From positions 288,001-352,000 of the forward strand of contig CAWDPO010000046.1 of assembly GCA_963804165.1 (NCBI GenBank): a DNA stretch of 64,000 nucleotides. The letters are read 5' to 3'. Numbering within the stretch: position 1 is the stretch's first letter; every line of letters begins with the position of its first letter. The notes beneath the pieces were generated by a model. The model worked only from the letters and a program-made list of their open reading frames with translations. It was not told the DNA's origin and searched no databases. Made by a program: the position numbers and the translations under genes. Source of the DNA: an uncultured delta proteobacterium (GTDB lineage Bacteria; Desulfobacterota; Binatia; UBA9968). This document shows positions 38,178 through 47,528 of the stretch, one piece after another.

Positions 38178-38957
38178 CTACGACCCCAACGGCAATTTTC
38201 CCGCCCGTATGTCAGCCGCGTATTGAGTGATGGCATCGAGAACCACTTTCGCGACGTTGCCATAGCGCGGAATCGAATCATTGAGCGCACCGGCGCCGAG
38301 GCCCACCGTTCGAAATAGAGTTCTGATTTGCCCGTCGGAGCTGCCGTCGTTGCCCAGGCCGCACATGACGGGAATTTTCACTGCCTGGGTTACGGGCCCG
38401 GTCGCGGCGCCGCCCCAAGTGAGATCCAAGATAGACGCGCCGGCTTTTTCCAGCGCCTTCGCGGTTTCCACCAATTTCTCAACGCTGGTCGTGGCACCCG
38501 ACTCCCAGCCGCCTACGTGCGCTGAGGTTTGCGGCGTGAGGCCGAATTGCGCGAATACCGGAATCCCGGCACGCGCGATCGCCGAGACGATTTCCGTCTG
38601 AGCCAAGGTGACTTCAAGTTTGACGCAATCGGCGCCGGCTTCTTTGACCAGACGCACGGCGTTGCGCACGGCATCTTCCGGACCCACTTGATAGGAACCG
38701 AACGGCAGGTCGCAAGAAAACAGCGCGTTCTTGACACCGCGCCGCACGCCTTTCGCCAAGGTCAAAATCTCGTCCATCGTCACCGCTTCCTGGTTTTCTT
38801 GGCCGAGCAGATTATGGCCGCAAGAATCGCCGAGTGAGATGATATCGGCGCCGGCGCGATCGGCGATCAGCGCGGACTGATGTTCGTAGACGACCACGCC
38901 GACAATCTTTTTGCCCTCGCGCTTCATCTCCAAAAGCTTTGGTATGGTGATAGCCAT
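38178..38957 (-). CDS. Divergent ketopantoate hydroxymethyltransferase (PanB) homologue 1
   Basis: LGDS, DLPFGSYQ, VKLE, GLTPQ, DGQI; lacks the LECVP motif. Confidence 0.85.
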   Translation of the reverse strand: MAITIPKLLEMKREGKKIVGVVVYEHQSALIADRAGADIISLGDSCGHNLLGQENQEAVTMDEILTLAKGVRRGVKNALFSCDLPFGSYQVGPEDAVRNAVRLVKEAGADCVKLEVTLAQTEIVSAIARAGIPVFAQFGLTPQTSAHVGGWESGATTSVEKLVETAKALEKAGASILDLTWGGAATGPVTQAVKIPVMCGLGNDGSSDGQIRTLFRTVGLGAGALNDSIPRYGNVAKVVLDAITQYAADIRAGKLPLGS

Positions 38958-39035
38958 GCGATTTGCCTTTCAGTTGTTATGGATCACTAACGTTCATTCC
39001 CGGCCGCTTGCTGCCTCGAATAGATATCCGAAGTC

Positions 39036-39114
39036 CGTCATTCCCGCATGTTTTAAGCGGGAATCCAGGCGAATCCGGAACTGGATCCTCCGATAAAAAC
39101 ATTCGGGGGTGACG
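39036..39114. repeat. CGTC-type REP doublet
   Basis: CGTCATTCCCGCATGTTTTAAGCGGGAATCCAG...CTGGATCCTCCGATAAAAACATTCGGGGGTGACG. Confidence 0.8.
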
Positions 39115-39216
39115 AGAATCGGAATCGTTCGCATGATGGGCTTTCGATACCCGTGCGAGGTCGTTCATTGCCCTATGAACCGATGATTGACACGGATGCG
39201 GTCTTGAAACCCGTTC

Positions 39217-40001
39217 CTACGAATCGCGCCCCTTGCCCAACTTCCCCGCTTTCACGTCCGCAGCGTAAGAGTTGACTGCATCGAGCAGCACCTGCGCAAG
39301 ATTCGCATAACGCGGTACATCCTTGTCGAGTGCGGATACATTCCAGCCGGCCAAACGGTTGAGCTGGAGAAATTGGCCGTCGCTCTCCGTCGTCGTACCG
39401 CGGCCGCCCAAAACCGGAATCTTCACGGCGTCGACTACGCGCCGGGTAGCCGAGCCGCCCATGGTCAAGTCGAGGGCAAAAGCTCCGGCATGTTCCAACT
39501 GCTGCGCCACCTGACCAATTCATCGTCGCTGATCGCGCTGCGCGCCTCGTCAAATCCACCGAGACGAGCTTGGCGCTGCGGTGTCGCGCCGATATGGGCC
39601 ATCACCGGAATGCCGGCTTGGGCAATCGCTCTGACGGCGTCGATGTTTTCCGCGTCGCTTTCGATCTTCACACCGTCCGCGCCGCCTTTGACCAAACGCA
39701 CGGAGTTTTTGACCGCTTCATTTATCGACGAGTTACTCGTGCTGAACGGTAGATCGATAAGCAGAAACGGCCGCGTGATGGCGCGCCGCGCGCCGCGACA
39801 GAGCAGCAGCATCTCTGCCATCGTCGTTTCCTTTGGCGAGCGGTGTCCCAAGATATTGACTCCGGCCGAATCGGCAATGAGCACAATGTCGACCTCCGAG
39901 CGGTCGATGATTTCCAGCGAGCAAAAGTCCGCGGCGAGGACGCCGGCGATTTTGCGGCCGTCTCGTTTCATTCGTTGCAGCACCGGTACCGTGACTTTCA
40001 T
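39217..40001 (-). CDS. Divergent PanB homologue 2; frameshift near 39512
   Basis: ORFs 39465..40001 and 39217..39510 join; IADS, DLPF, VKIE, HIGATPQ, DGQF. Confidence 0.82.
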
Positions 40002-40063
40002 TGTTTGGATCTGCGCCGCGAAAGAAAGTAGATCGGTCTCAACGCCGGACGCGATATCGTGTC

Positions 40064-40333
40064 CTAGGATTTTGAATTTAGCGGATAGTGCGGACTATGC
40101 GCGAAGATTTTTTCGTGTTCGATGCCGAAGACGCGGGTGTATTGGCGGATCAAGATCGGATGGACGGCCATTTTTCTGAGTGCCCAGGCGTCCACTTCTT
40201 TCAAGATGCGCTTTTCCTTGTCGGTTAATGGATAGGTATCCAACACGCTGTCCTGATCGCCTTTGAATTTCTTCTTCAACGGAGGATTGCGGTCGAGCTC
40301 CCAGATAAATCTTTGCACTTGATAGGCGCTCAT
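40064..40333 (-). CDS. LigA-like small subunit of an aromatic ring-cleavage dioxygenase
   Basis: FKGDQDSVLDTYPLTDKEK..L...D...L..M.VHP pattern, directly downstream of a LigB-like gene. Confidence 0.75.
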   Translation of the reverse strand: MSAYQVQRFIWELDRNPPLKKKFKGDQDSVLDTYPLTDKEKRILKEVDAWALRKMAVHPILIRQYTRVFGIEHEKIFAHSPHYPLNSKS

Positions 40334-40348
40334 GTCTGATTCGTTCGG

Positions 40349-41197
40349 TTAAATATTTGAAGTCTCCGGGTTCATGCGCAGAAGACCGGCGCCCGTGCCC
40401 CAACCCATCATGGCTTCGTAAAGAAGGACCTCGCCGGTGGCGCCTGCGACAGTGCCGGCCATGGCGAGCCACATGCGGATCTCGTTCATGCCGTTGCCGC
40501 CTTTTGTTTCGATTAACTCCTGCGTCCAGCCATCGATGATCTCGTTGGCTCGATTGCTCGCCAGCAAATTCAAGAACTCGCGATCCAATTTCGGGTTGAT
40601 GAAGCCATACTCCGGTACACCGACGGTGTGCGACATGCCGCCGGTACCGATCACCGCGACGCGCTCGTCATCGCGACGTGTTTTGATGATTTCTCCGATG
40701 GCTCGACCGAGCTCGTAGCAACGGCGCAGCGACGGGCGCGGCGCGATAGTGACGTTGACAACGATGGGAACGATGGGGATGTCATGTTCCGGCGTGAGCC
40801 GCTCGATGGGCGAGTAAAAGGAGTGATCGAGCCGGAGCTCTTCGGCCGAGTTGAGATCGAAGCCGCGCTCGACCGCTTTCGTGAGAATATCACCGGCAAG
40901 GTCCTGATGCACCGGTACGCGAAAGGTTTCGACAACGTCACCTGATAGAACGCCTTCGTCCCACGCGCCGCACTCCGCTCCGACGCCGACGCAAAAGCGC
41001 GGGACCAAATTGTAAAAGAAAGATTTGAAATGATCCGAACCGAAAATGATCAGCGCATCCGGTTTGGCCGCGCGTAGCTCATCGCGCAAGCGATCGAAGG
41101 CTTGCTTGACCCTTTCGCCTTGTTCGCCGGCGCGCTTGATGCCAACCAATATCGCGCCCACGTGAGGTACGCCGGCGGCGAAAACGACACGCCCCAT
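40349..41197 (-). CDS. LigB-type (class III) extradiol dioxygenase
   Basis: GVPH, SDHFKSFF, LDHSF, GTGGMSH, NEIRMW. Confidence 0.9.
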   Translation of the reverse strand: MGRVVFAAGVPHVGAILVGIKRAGEQGERVKQAFDRLRDELRAAKPDALIIFGSDHFKSFFYNLVPRFCVGVGAECGAWDEGVLSGDVVETFRVPVHQDLAGDILTKAVERGFDLNSAEELRLDHSFYSPIERLTPEHDIPIVPIVVNVTIAPRPSLRRCYELGRAIGEIIKTRRDDERVAVIGTGGMSHTVGVPEYGFINPKLDREFLNLLASNRANEIIDGWTQELIETKGGNGMNEIRMWLAMAGTVAGATGEVLLYEAMMGWGTGAGLLRMNPETSNI

Positions 41198-41324
41198 AGA
41201 CTTTTTGCCTGCTTTCTAGACTCCGATGATCGCTCGTTCCGATGGAATTTCTTCATTCACCAGTTGCCACGCCTGGCCGCCATCGAGGCTCTGTTTTTTT
41301 TCGTGCAGCAGTTCGTGAGTAGTC

Positions 41325-41681
41325 TCACCCATCCATGATTTTCAGCAAAACATGCCGGCGATTTTTCGTGTAAGGTCTCACTTGACTGGGCCAGCGGCCT
41401 TCTTCGATCGCTTTATTCCACGCCGGACTGGTCAAGACGTCGGGACTCTCCAACTCATAGATCGCGGTGTAAGCCGGCTCGTTGGGAATCTCGATGGTCT
41501 TCGTTTCGCCGCCGATGTTCATCTTCAGTGTGCCGCGTTTGTAACGCGTGATTCCCAATACGCCGGGAACCTTGCTCAAGTTCGGCACGTGCTCTTGATC
41601 GTACACTTCATTGAAAATCACTTCATGCTCGGCATCGACGTCCATGCTCGCGATCATCAAATACTTTGTTTGGCCCGCCAT
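41325..41681 (-). CDS. EthD-like dimeric alpha/beta-barrel protein
   Basis: FNEVYDQEHVP...VPGV...Y.AIYELESP.VL.S.AW. Confidence 0.75.
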   Translation of the reverse strand: MAGQTKYLMIASMDVDAEHEVIFNEVYDQEHVPNLSKVPGVLGITRYKRGTLKMNIGGETKTIEIPNEPAYTAIYELESPDVLTSPAWNKAIEEGRWPSQVRPYTKNRRHVLLKIMDG

Positions 41682-41725
41682 AATTTTCTCTCCCGGAAAA
41701 AATGTTGCTCAGGGTATTACGAGAG

Positions 41726-42091
41726 TTACATTCCAAGGAACGTGGTGATGTCGGGAGCGGGGGATTTAATTTCGACGACCACCGATGCCTCTACGGCTTC
41801 GACGCCATGCGCCACTCCTTTGGGATGGCGACAGACGTCCCCCGGGCCGAGAATATACTCTTCGCTGCCCACCGTCATTTTAACTTTTCCTTTGACGACG
41901 TAAGCCAGTGACTCGTGCTGATGAACGTGCATCGGGGCGCCCACGCCCGGCGTATAATGAATTTCCAAAAACGTCATTTCATCCCCTTTGATCAGCGGCT
42001 TGACGAGCAAATCGCCGCCGTACATGGGTTTGCCTTCAATCGATTTTACAAGCACCGCTTTGACGTCTGAATTCTTCGACAAGATCATCAT
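41726..42091 (-). CDS. Cupin domain protein
   Basis: PMHVHQHE..YVVKG, HPKGVAHG. Confidence 0.88.
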   Translation of the reverse strand: MMILSKNSDVKAVLVKSIEGKPMYGGDLLVKPLIKGDEMTFLEIHYTPGVGAPMHVHQHESLAYVVKGKVKMTVGSEEYILGPGDVCRHPKGVAHGVEAVEASVVVEIKSPAPDITTFLGM

Positions 42092-42484
42092 TCGCTCCTT
42101 TTCGTGGCGCGTTGGCAACCGTGGTAAGCATTCGGAATGATTTCCGGAGTCTAACGACGCCCCGCGGGGTTGTCAATCTGACTTGCGAAACAGCGTAACG
42201 GACTGCGCGCGGTGAGTTCCAGCACGATGACGAAGGTGGCGGCAATGCAAAGGCTCTCGTGGTTGGCCATTCGCCGCGACTTTATGATATTACTATTCAA
42301 CCCGGAATTCGCGCCCGTCTTTATCGAACCTGCCGTCGATCATGATCCACTTAGGCGATCGCACGACCACAATCCGGCACTTTCGCGGAAGTCGACGGCG
42401 CGCTTTCGGAACCTGTCACGAACAGTTATTTCCGACATCAACGAGCGGATCCACTTCGGTGACGGTGGCGTCCCTTTTATAATT

Positions 42485-43741
42485 ATGCATCGCTTGGCTG
42501 AACGACTTAAGAACTTCTGTGACCTTTCTTTGTCGGATAAGGCCAAGGCTGTACGGATGCTGCAATGGCTGATCGTCATTGGCACTTCGTACTTTGCCTT
42601 GTTTAGCGGTGGTTCGATCAATTCCGATGCACGGGTGTTCGCACTCGTCGTTGCGTTGTTGCTTTCGGCCATTTTCCTGCAGCGGCTGCCGGCGGCGGCG
42701 TTTCACGCCGATCACTTTGATGCTGCCCTCGTCGTCACCGACGGCGCATTCATCCTCCTGGGCATTGGCCTCAATCGCGAGTCGCCGTGGGACCTGTTCC
42801 TGCTCTTTTCTTTGTGCGTGTTGCTGGCTGGGATTGCCGAGAGTCTGATCAAGACGATGGTTGCTGCGTTGCTGGTGACGATCGGATTTACCCTCGTCAA
42901 TTATTCCACCAGCAAGAGCATCTGGATGGACTCCGAAGTGCTGCTTCGGTTTCCGTTTCTTTTCGGCGTCTCGGCGCTCTACGGGTATTTAGCGCATCAA
43001 GTGAAAAACGAAAGAAAACGCGCCGATCGCGCCGAACAGGCGCAGACCGTTAGACGCCGGCTGGTTTCCGGATTGGCCCACGATATCAAGAGCCCGTTGT
43101 CGGTGATCAAAGGATTTGCCGACGTCGTCGGCATGAATCTCGCTGGGGTATCCGGCCAAGAATATAGCTCAAACGCGGTTCAACGCATTCAGGAAAACGT
43201 CGATCGAATTCTCAGGCTCGTGACGGCATTTTTGGATGCGTCCAGAGCTGAAAGCGGAGAGAGTCAACCGCTAGAAACTCCGGTGGCGATGAACTGGTTG
43301 ATTCAGGAGGTTGTTAAGCAACAGTCGGTCGATCTGCGCAGTAACGACTTGTCTCTAGAACTGAAACTTGATCCGGCTCTGCCGGAAATTCTCGGTGACA
43401 TTCCCCAGCTCGAACGCGTCATTTGGAATCTCATGAGCAATGCCATCAAGTTTACCCCGACGAACGGCAAGATCACCGTGACGACCGAGACCGTGGACGA
43501 TCGGGTCTCGGTGAAAATCAGCGACACGGGTATCGGGATCGCAAAGGATGAAATACCTTTGCTATTTTCCGAATACGGCCGCTTGCCGGGGGCTTCTTCA
43601 ACCGAGGGTAGCGGTTTGGGACTCTATATCGTGAAAAATCTGGTCAAAGCCCACGGCGGCACGGTCGACGTCGAAAGCGAACTCGGTAAAGGCGCGACGT
43701 TTACCCTTCGTTTTCCCGTCGCGCCCCGCCAGCAGCCGTAA
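42485..43741 (+). CDS. Membrane sensor histidine kinase
   Basis: Several TM helices; H-box AHDIKSPL, NLMSNAIKFT, DTGIGI, GSGLGL; start uncertain. Confidence 0.9.
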   Translation: MHRLAERLKNFCDLSLSDKAKAVRMLQWLIVIGTSYFALFSGGSINSDARVFALVVALLLSAIFLQRLPAAAFHADHFDAALVVTDGAFILLGIGLNRESPWDLFLLFSLCVLLAGIAESLIKTMVAALLVTIGFTLVNYSTSKSIWMDSEVLLRFPFLFGVSALYGYLAHQVKNERKRADRAEQAQTVRRRLVSGLAHDIKSPLSVIKGFADVVGMNLAGVSGQEYSSNAVQRIQENVDRILRLVTAFLDASRAESGESQPLETPVAMNWLIQEVVKQQSVDLRSNDLSLELKLDPALPEILGDIPQLERVIWNLMSNAIKFTPTNGKITVTTETVDDRVSVKISDTGIGIAKDEIPLLFSEYGRLPGASSTEGSGLGLYIVKNLVKAHGGTVDVESELGKGATFTLRFPVAPRQQP

Positions 43742-43795
43742 TCCAAAACCTGATTCTAGCAGCAACCGAATTGCGCTGATTGATCACGCAGCCCT

Positions 43796-44233
43796 TTACG
43801 AACGCGCGAGCTCTTCAAACGTGGGCTCCGGCATCCCCGTTTTCCAGGTCGGGTCGCGCAGCTCGAGCCGGTTGCCGCTGGGATCGAAGAAATAAAGCTC
43901 CCGGCCGGTGAAAAAGCCCTTGGCTCGATAGTAAAGCCGGTCGATGGGAATCTTCCGCTCTTGGAAAATCTTGCAGGCCTGCACCAACGTTTCCGGACTT
44001 ACGGTAAACGAGTGGTGCACATTCTGGTCTTCGGTAAACGTCTTATCGACGCTGGCCGCGCGCTCGCAGAGTAGAATGTTGTGGTCGCCGACGTTGAAAC
44101 AGGACATGCCGGAATTACCCAGCCGACCTAGTGCTTTGAGGCCGAGCAGATCACCATAAAACTTTTCCGACTCGTCAAGACTATTCACCGGGATCGACCA
44201 GTGCGTCACGCCTTCAATTTTTAGTAATCCCAT
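43796..44233 (-). CDS. VOC family protein
   Basis: THWSIPV, FYGDLLG, HHSF, YFFDPSGNRLEL. Confidence 0.88.
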   Translation of the reverse strand: MGLLKIEGVTHWSIPVNSLDESEKFYGDLLGLKALGRLGNSGMSCFNVGDHNILLCERAASVDKTFTEDQNVHHSFTVSPETLVQACKIFQERKIPIDRLYYRAKGFFTGRELYFFDPSGNRLELRDPTWKTGMPEPTFEELARS

Positions 44234-44424
44234 ACAACCCTCCCTTGGATCGGTTTTCAGTTATTAGAAGTCCTACCGGAACGGAGTCTGTTACTGTTGG
44301 CTATTAAATAGGGCAAACAGACCATGGCCGTCAAGCGAGCGAACAGGACCCATCGGCCCTTGTCATTTGCATGGTTTATTTCATAGCATGGGCCAACTTC
44401 AAATACCGCAAAGGAGCTAAACCC

Positions 44425-44793
44425 ATGGCGCGCATTCGACACATTGCCATATTGACGGAAAACGTCGAGAAGCTGGTCAACTTTTACACCACGGCGTTTG
44501 GACTCAAGGTGGTTCACGGCATCGGTACCGCGACCTATCTGTCCGACGGACACATCAATCTGGCCATCATTCCGATCGAGCCGGAGCGTAAGATCGAGGG
44601 GTCGCAACTGCATCCTGGCCTCTATCATTTTGGTTTCGAAGTGGAAAACGTCGAGGCCTTACGGGACGCCTGCAACGAGGTCAATGCATCATCGGCTATC
44701 GACAAGAGGCCACCGAACCGCGAGGCCGAATTTCGCGTTCATGACCCGGACGGCAATCCGATCGATCTGTCGCAGCATGGCTGGCCGATCTGA
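44425..44793 (+). CDS. VOC family protein
   Basis: RHIAI, YLSDGHINLA, YHFGFEV, DPDGNPIDLS; AAGGAG RBS. Confidence 0.88.
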   Translation: MARIRHIAILTENVEKLVNFYTTAFGLKVVHGIGTATYLSDGHINLAIIPIEPERKIEGSQLHPGLYHFGFEVENVEALRDACNEVNASSAIDKRPPNREAEFRVHDPDGNPIDLSQHGWPI

Positions 44794-44805
44794 CTGGCCT
44801 CGAAC

Positions 44806-44865
44806 TGGAGTAATGGAGTGTTGGAGTACTGGATCGTAAAGGTGCCGCTCCAACGCTCCTATACT
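44806..44865. repeat. Degenerate TGGAGTRN octamer hairpin
   Basis: TGGAGTAA TGGAGTGT TGGAGTAC TGG...GCTCCAACGCTCCTATACT. Confidence 0.7.
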
Positions 44866-44907
44866 GCTACTGCAGGAGCGTTTCCCTCAGTGCTTCGGCG
44901 AAGCAGA

Positions 44908-45903
44908 TTATTTTTTCGCCCGATCGACAAAGCCGCTCTTTTTCAGCTCGTCGAGCACGGAGGATTCCAAGAGTTTCAGCGACTCCGGCGTCTGGCCCGC
45001 CGCTTTGGCGTTGGTTTTCGCAGTCTCTTCGATGACGAATTGGAGCCCACGGCGGTCGGGAAGCTCCAGGATCCCTTCGCTGTGATGGGCTAAATAGTAA
45101 TCGTAGCCGATCGCGGCTTCGTCGTCGCTCACACGGATGTATTTCTTGATCAAGCGCAGCGCCAGCGCGCGATCCTTTTTGAGCAGGTAAATCGACTCCA
45201 CCACAGCCTTCATAAAGTTACCGACCTTGTCGCGGTTGGCTTCGAGATAGCTTCTCTTGACGATGAAACAGTTCTGCGGAAAGGGTGTTTTGCTTTCCAT
45301 GAGATCAACGAGCGATTGCATGCCGAACTTCTTGATCGCGATGGTCGCTTGCGGCTCGTTGAACATTAAACCCTGGATCGCGCCTTTGGCCAACGCCGTC
45401 ATCTGCGCCGCAGCACCGCCGACCTGAATGATGGTGACCTCTTTGGGATTGACTCCGATTTTTTCCAGCGCGACCAGCAGAGCCATATGGTTGGCCGCAC
45501 CGAAACTCCCAACGGCGAGGATCTTGCCCTTGAGTTCCGCGGGTCTTCTAATTTCCGGGCGGGCGATCAGTTTCGTCGGAAAGAAATTCAGCCCGCCGGC
45601 GATAATCGCGAGATCGGCCTTTTGCAAGTTGGTCGTCACGACCGTGACGCCGGTAGAAAACAAAACTTGGACGTCGTTTGACAGCAGCATCTGCATGCCC
45701 AATCGCCCCGAGTTGAGTGCGAGATACTCGACATCAAGGCCGTATTTTTTAAAGAGCTTTTCTTCATAAGCGGCCCATAGCACGGAGTGTATCGCTGTCG
45801 TAAACCCGCCGCTCGCGGCACGCATGCTTTCCAAGGCGGCGACAGGCCCGATGGGGCGGAGCAGTACAGCACAAAGAAAAGCGCCGATCGCTAGTTTACG
45901 CAA
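44908..45903 (-). CDS. ABC transporter substrate-binding protein (NMT1/SsuA-like)
   Basis: Signal peptide; FKKYGLDVE, ELKGKILAV, LDELKKSGFVD. Confidence 0.88.
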   Translation of the reverse strand: MRKLAIGAFLCAVLLRPIGPVAALESMRAASGGFTTAIHSVLWAAYEEKLFKKYGLDVEYLALNSGRLGMQMLLSNDVQVLFSTGVTVVTTNLQKADLAIIAGGLNFFPTKLIARPEIRRPAELKGKILAVGSFGAANHMALLVALEKIGVNPKEVTIIQVGGAAAQMTALAKGAIQGLMFNEPQATIAIKKFGMQSLVDLMESKTPFPQNCFIVKRSYLEANRDKVGNFMKAVVESIYLLKKDRALALRLIKKYIRVSDDEAAIGYDYYLAHHSEGILELPDRRGLQFVIEETAKTNAKAAGQTPESLKLLESSVLDELKKSGFVDRAKK

Positions 45904-46256
45904 AGTTCACCCCTTTACCTGCCGCCTCAATGTCTTCCGAGCAGATCGATATGGCGTCGCAATAAATTGCGCGTAAGATAGGGCAGGGTGAATACACGCG
46001 TCAAGCGTAGGCAGGAACGTCCGTCGAGCTGCACTCCATTTTCAATCGATATCCGACCAGAGGCCCAAAGCCGAATGGCAGCGTAGTTATTGACCGAACG
46101 CAGCTTCACCGCTATCAACTGTGTTAGAGTGCAAAAGTCACGCTCGCCAGGTCGGCTCCAACGTTTTCATGAAGAACGAAAGACTCCAATGGAGGGCCGG
46201 TCCGGGCTAAATTCGCTGTGCGTCGATTACGGCCAAGAATGAAAGGATGGTGCTCG

Positions 46257-47369
46257 GTGAAAAAATCAGTGAACGCAAATCTCCTCGCGATACTGTTACT
46301 TAATGTCGTTCTTGCTGCGTCCGTCCGCGCCGATTGGAAGCAGGATTGGGAAAAGACCGTGGCCGCGGCTGAAAAGGAAGGCGAGGTGGCGATCTATGGG
46401 CAACCACGCGCCGGCGTCGGTAAAGCGATACTTGCTTTCAAAGACGCCTATCCCAAGATCAAGATCAATTTTGTCGGCGGCTCGGGAAGCGACCTGGCCA
46501 AGAAGATCATGGCGGAGAAAAGGGCGGACAAGCACCTCGTCGATCTAAGCATCGGCGGCGGCGGAACGATGGTGCTGGTTTATCACAAAGCCGGCTTGCT
46601 GCAGCCGATCCCGCCGCAGCTGATCCTTCCCGAAGTGGCGGATCAAACGAAATGGTGGTCGAAGAGACACCTTTACTCCGATCCGGAAGGACAGCATGTG
46701 TTTATGGCTCAGGGGGATGCGGGGTCGGGAATCGGCGCCATCAATACGAATTTTATTAAGCCGCCAGAAATCGACTCCTGGTGGGATCTGTTGGAGCCTA
46801 AGTATCGGGGCAAGATCCTCATGACCGACCCCGATTCCGCCGGCAACATCGGCAACTGGAGATTTATCTATTATAGCCCCGATCTCGGCCCGAAATTTAT
46901 CAGACGGCTGCTGACCGAGACGCAGGTTACTTTCGGCGCCAACGAGCACCAGATGATGGACTGGCTCGGCGCGGGAAAATATTCCATGCACGTTCTGGCG
47001 AAGATGGAGAATACCGAGAATGCGCGGAAACAGGGCTTGCCGGTGCGGCAAATTTTTAGCGACAAAGAAGGCGACACGATCAGCTCGGGATCGGGGCACA
47101 TCATTACGTTCAAGAATGCTCCCCATCCCAACGCGACCAAGGTCTATCTCAACTGGTTTTTGTCGCGCGACGGGCAGCTGATATGGCAGAAACTGACCGG
47201 CCGCAACTCGTTCCGAACGGACATTTCTAAAGACATGATTCTCTATAAGGATGAGCAGGTGCCAAAAGAAGGGGCCAAGTACCTGCTGTCGAGTCTGCCT
47301 CAGTACGAGGACATTAACGCTTTGCGAAAGCTGGTCGACGACGTTTTGGCGCAGGTTAAACAGAAGTAA
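46257..47369 (+). CDS. Extracellular solute-binding protein (AfuA/TbpA-like)
   Basis: WEKTVAAAEKEGEV, SWWDLLEPKYRGKI, NAPHPNATKVYLNWFLSRDGQ. Confidence 0.85.
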   Translation: MKKSVNANLLAILLLNVVLAASVRADWKQDWEKTVAAAEKEGEVAIYGQPRAGVGKAILAFKDAYPKIKINFVGGSGSDLAKKIMAEKRADKHLVDLSIGGGGTMVLVYHKAGLLQPIPPQLILPEVADQTKWWSKRHLYSDPEGQHVFMAQGDAGSGIGAINTNFIKPPEIDSWWDLLEPKYRGKILMTDPDSAGNIGNWRFIYYSPDLGPKFIRRLLTETQVTFGANEHQMMDWLGAGKYSMHVLAKMENTENARKQGLPVRQIFSDKEGDTISSGSGHIITFKNAPHPNATKVYLNWFLSRDGQLIWQKLTGRNSFRTDISKDMILYKDEQVPKEGAKYLLSSLPQYEDINALRKLVDDVLAQVKQK

Positions 47370-47528
47370 CTCGAGAGGGCGCAGGGATTCCCGAGAGCGG
47401 TTTGAATGTCCGCTACGAAAACAGAGGAGAATTAAAGAAAAGGACAGTGCAATAGTAATTCACCGTGAATTGGGCGCTATAGTTCGTTCCTCGACGAGTC
47501 TACCCCCACAAACATGCGGCGAAAAAAT

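Noticed and set aside
38178-40001. Pantothenate biosynthesis operon
   Set aside because: No panC/panD nearby and key PanB motifs are altered, so the symbol panB was withheld.
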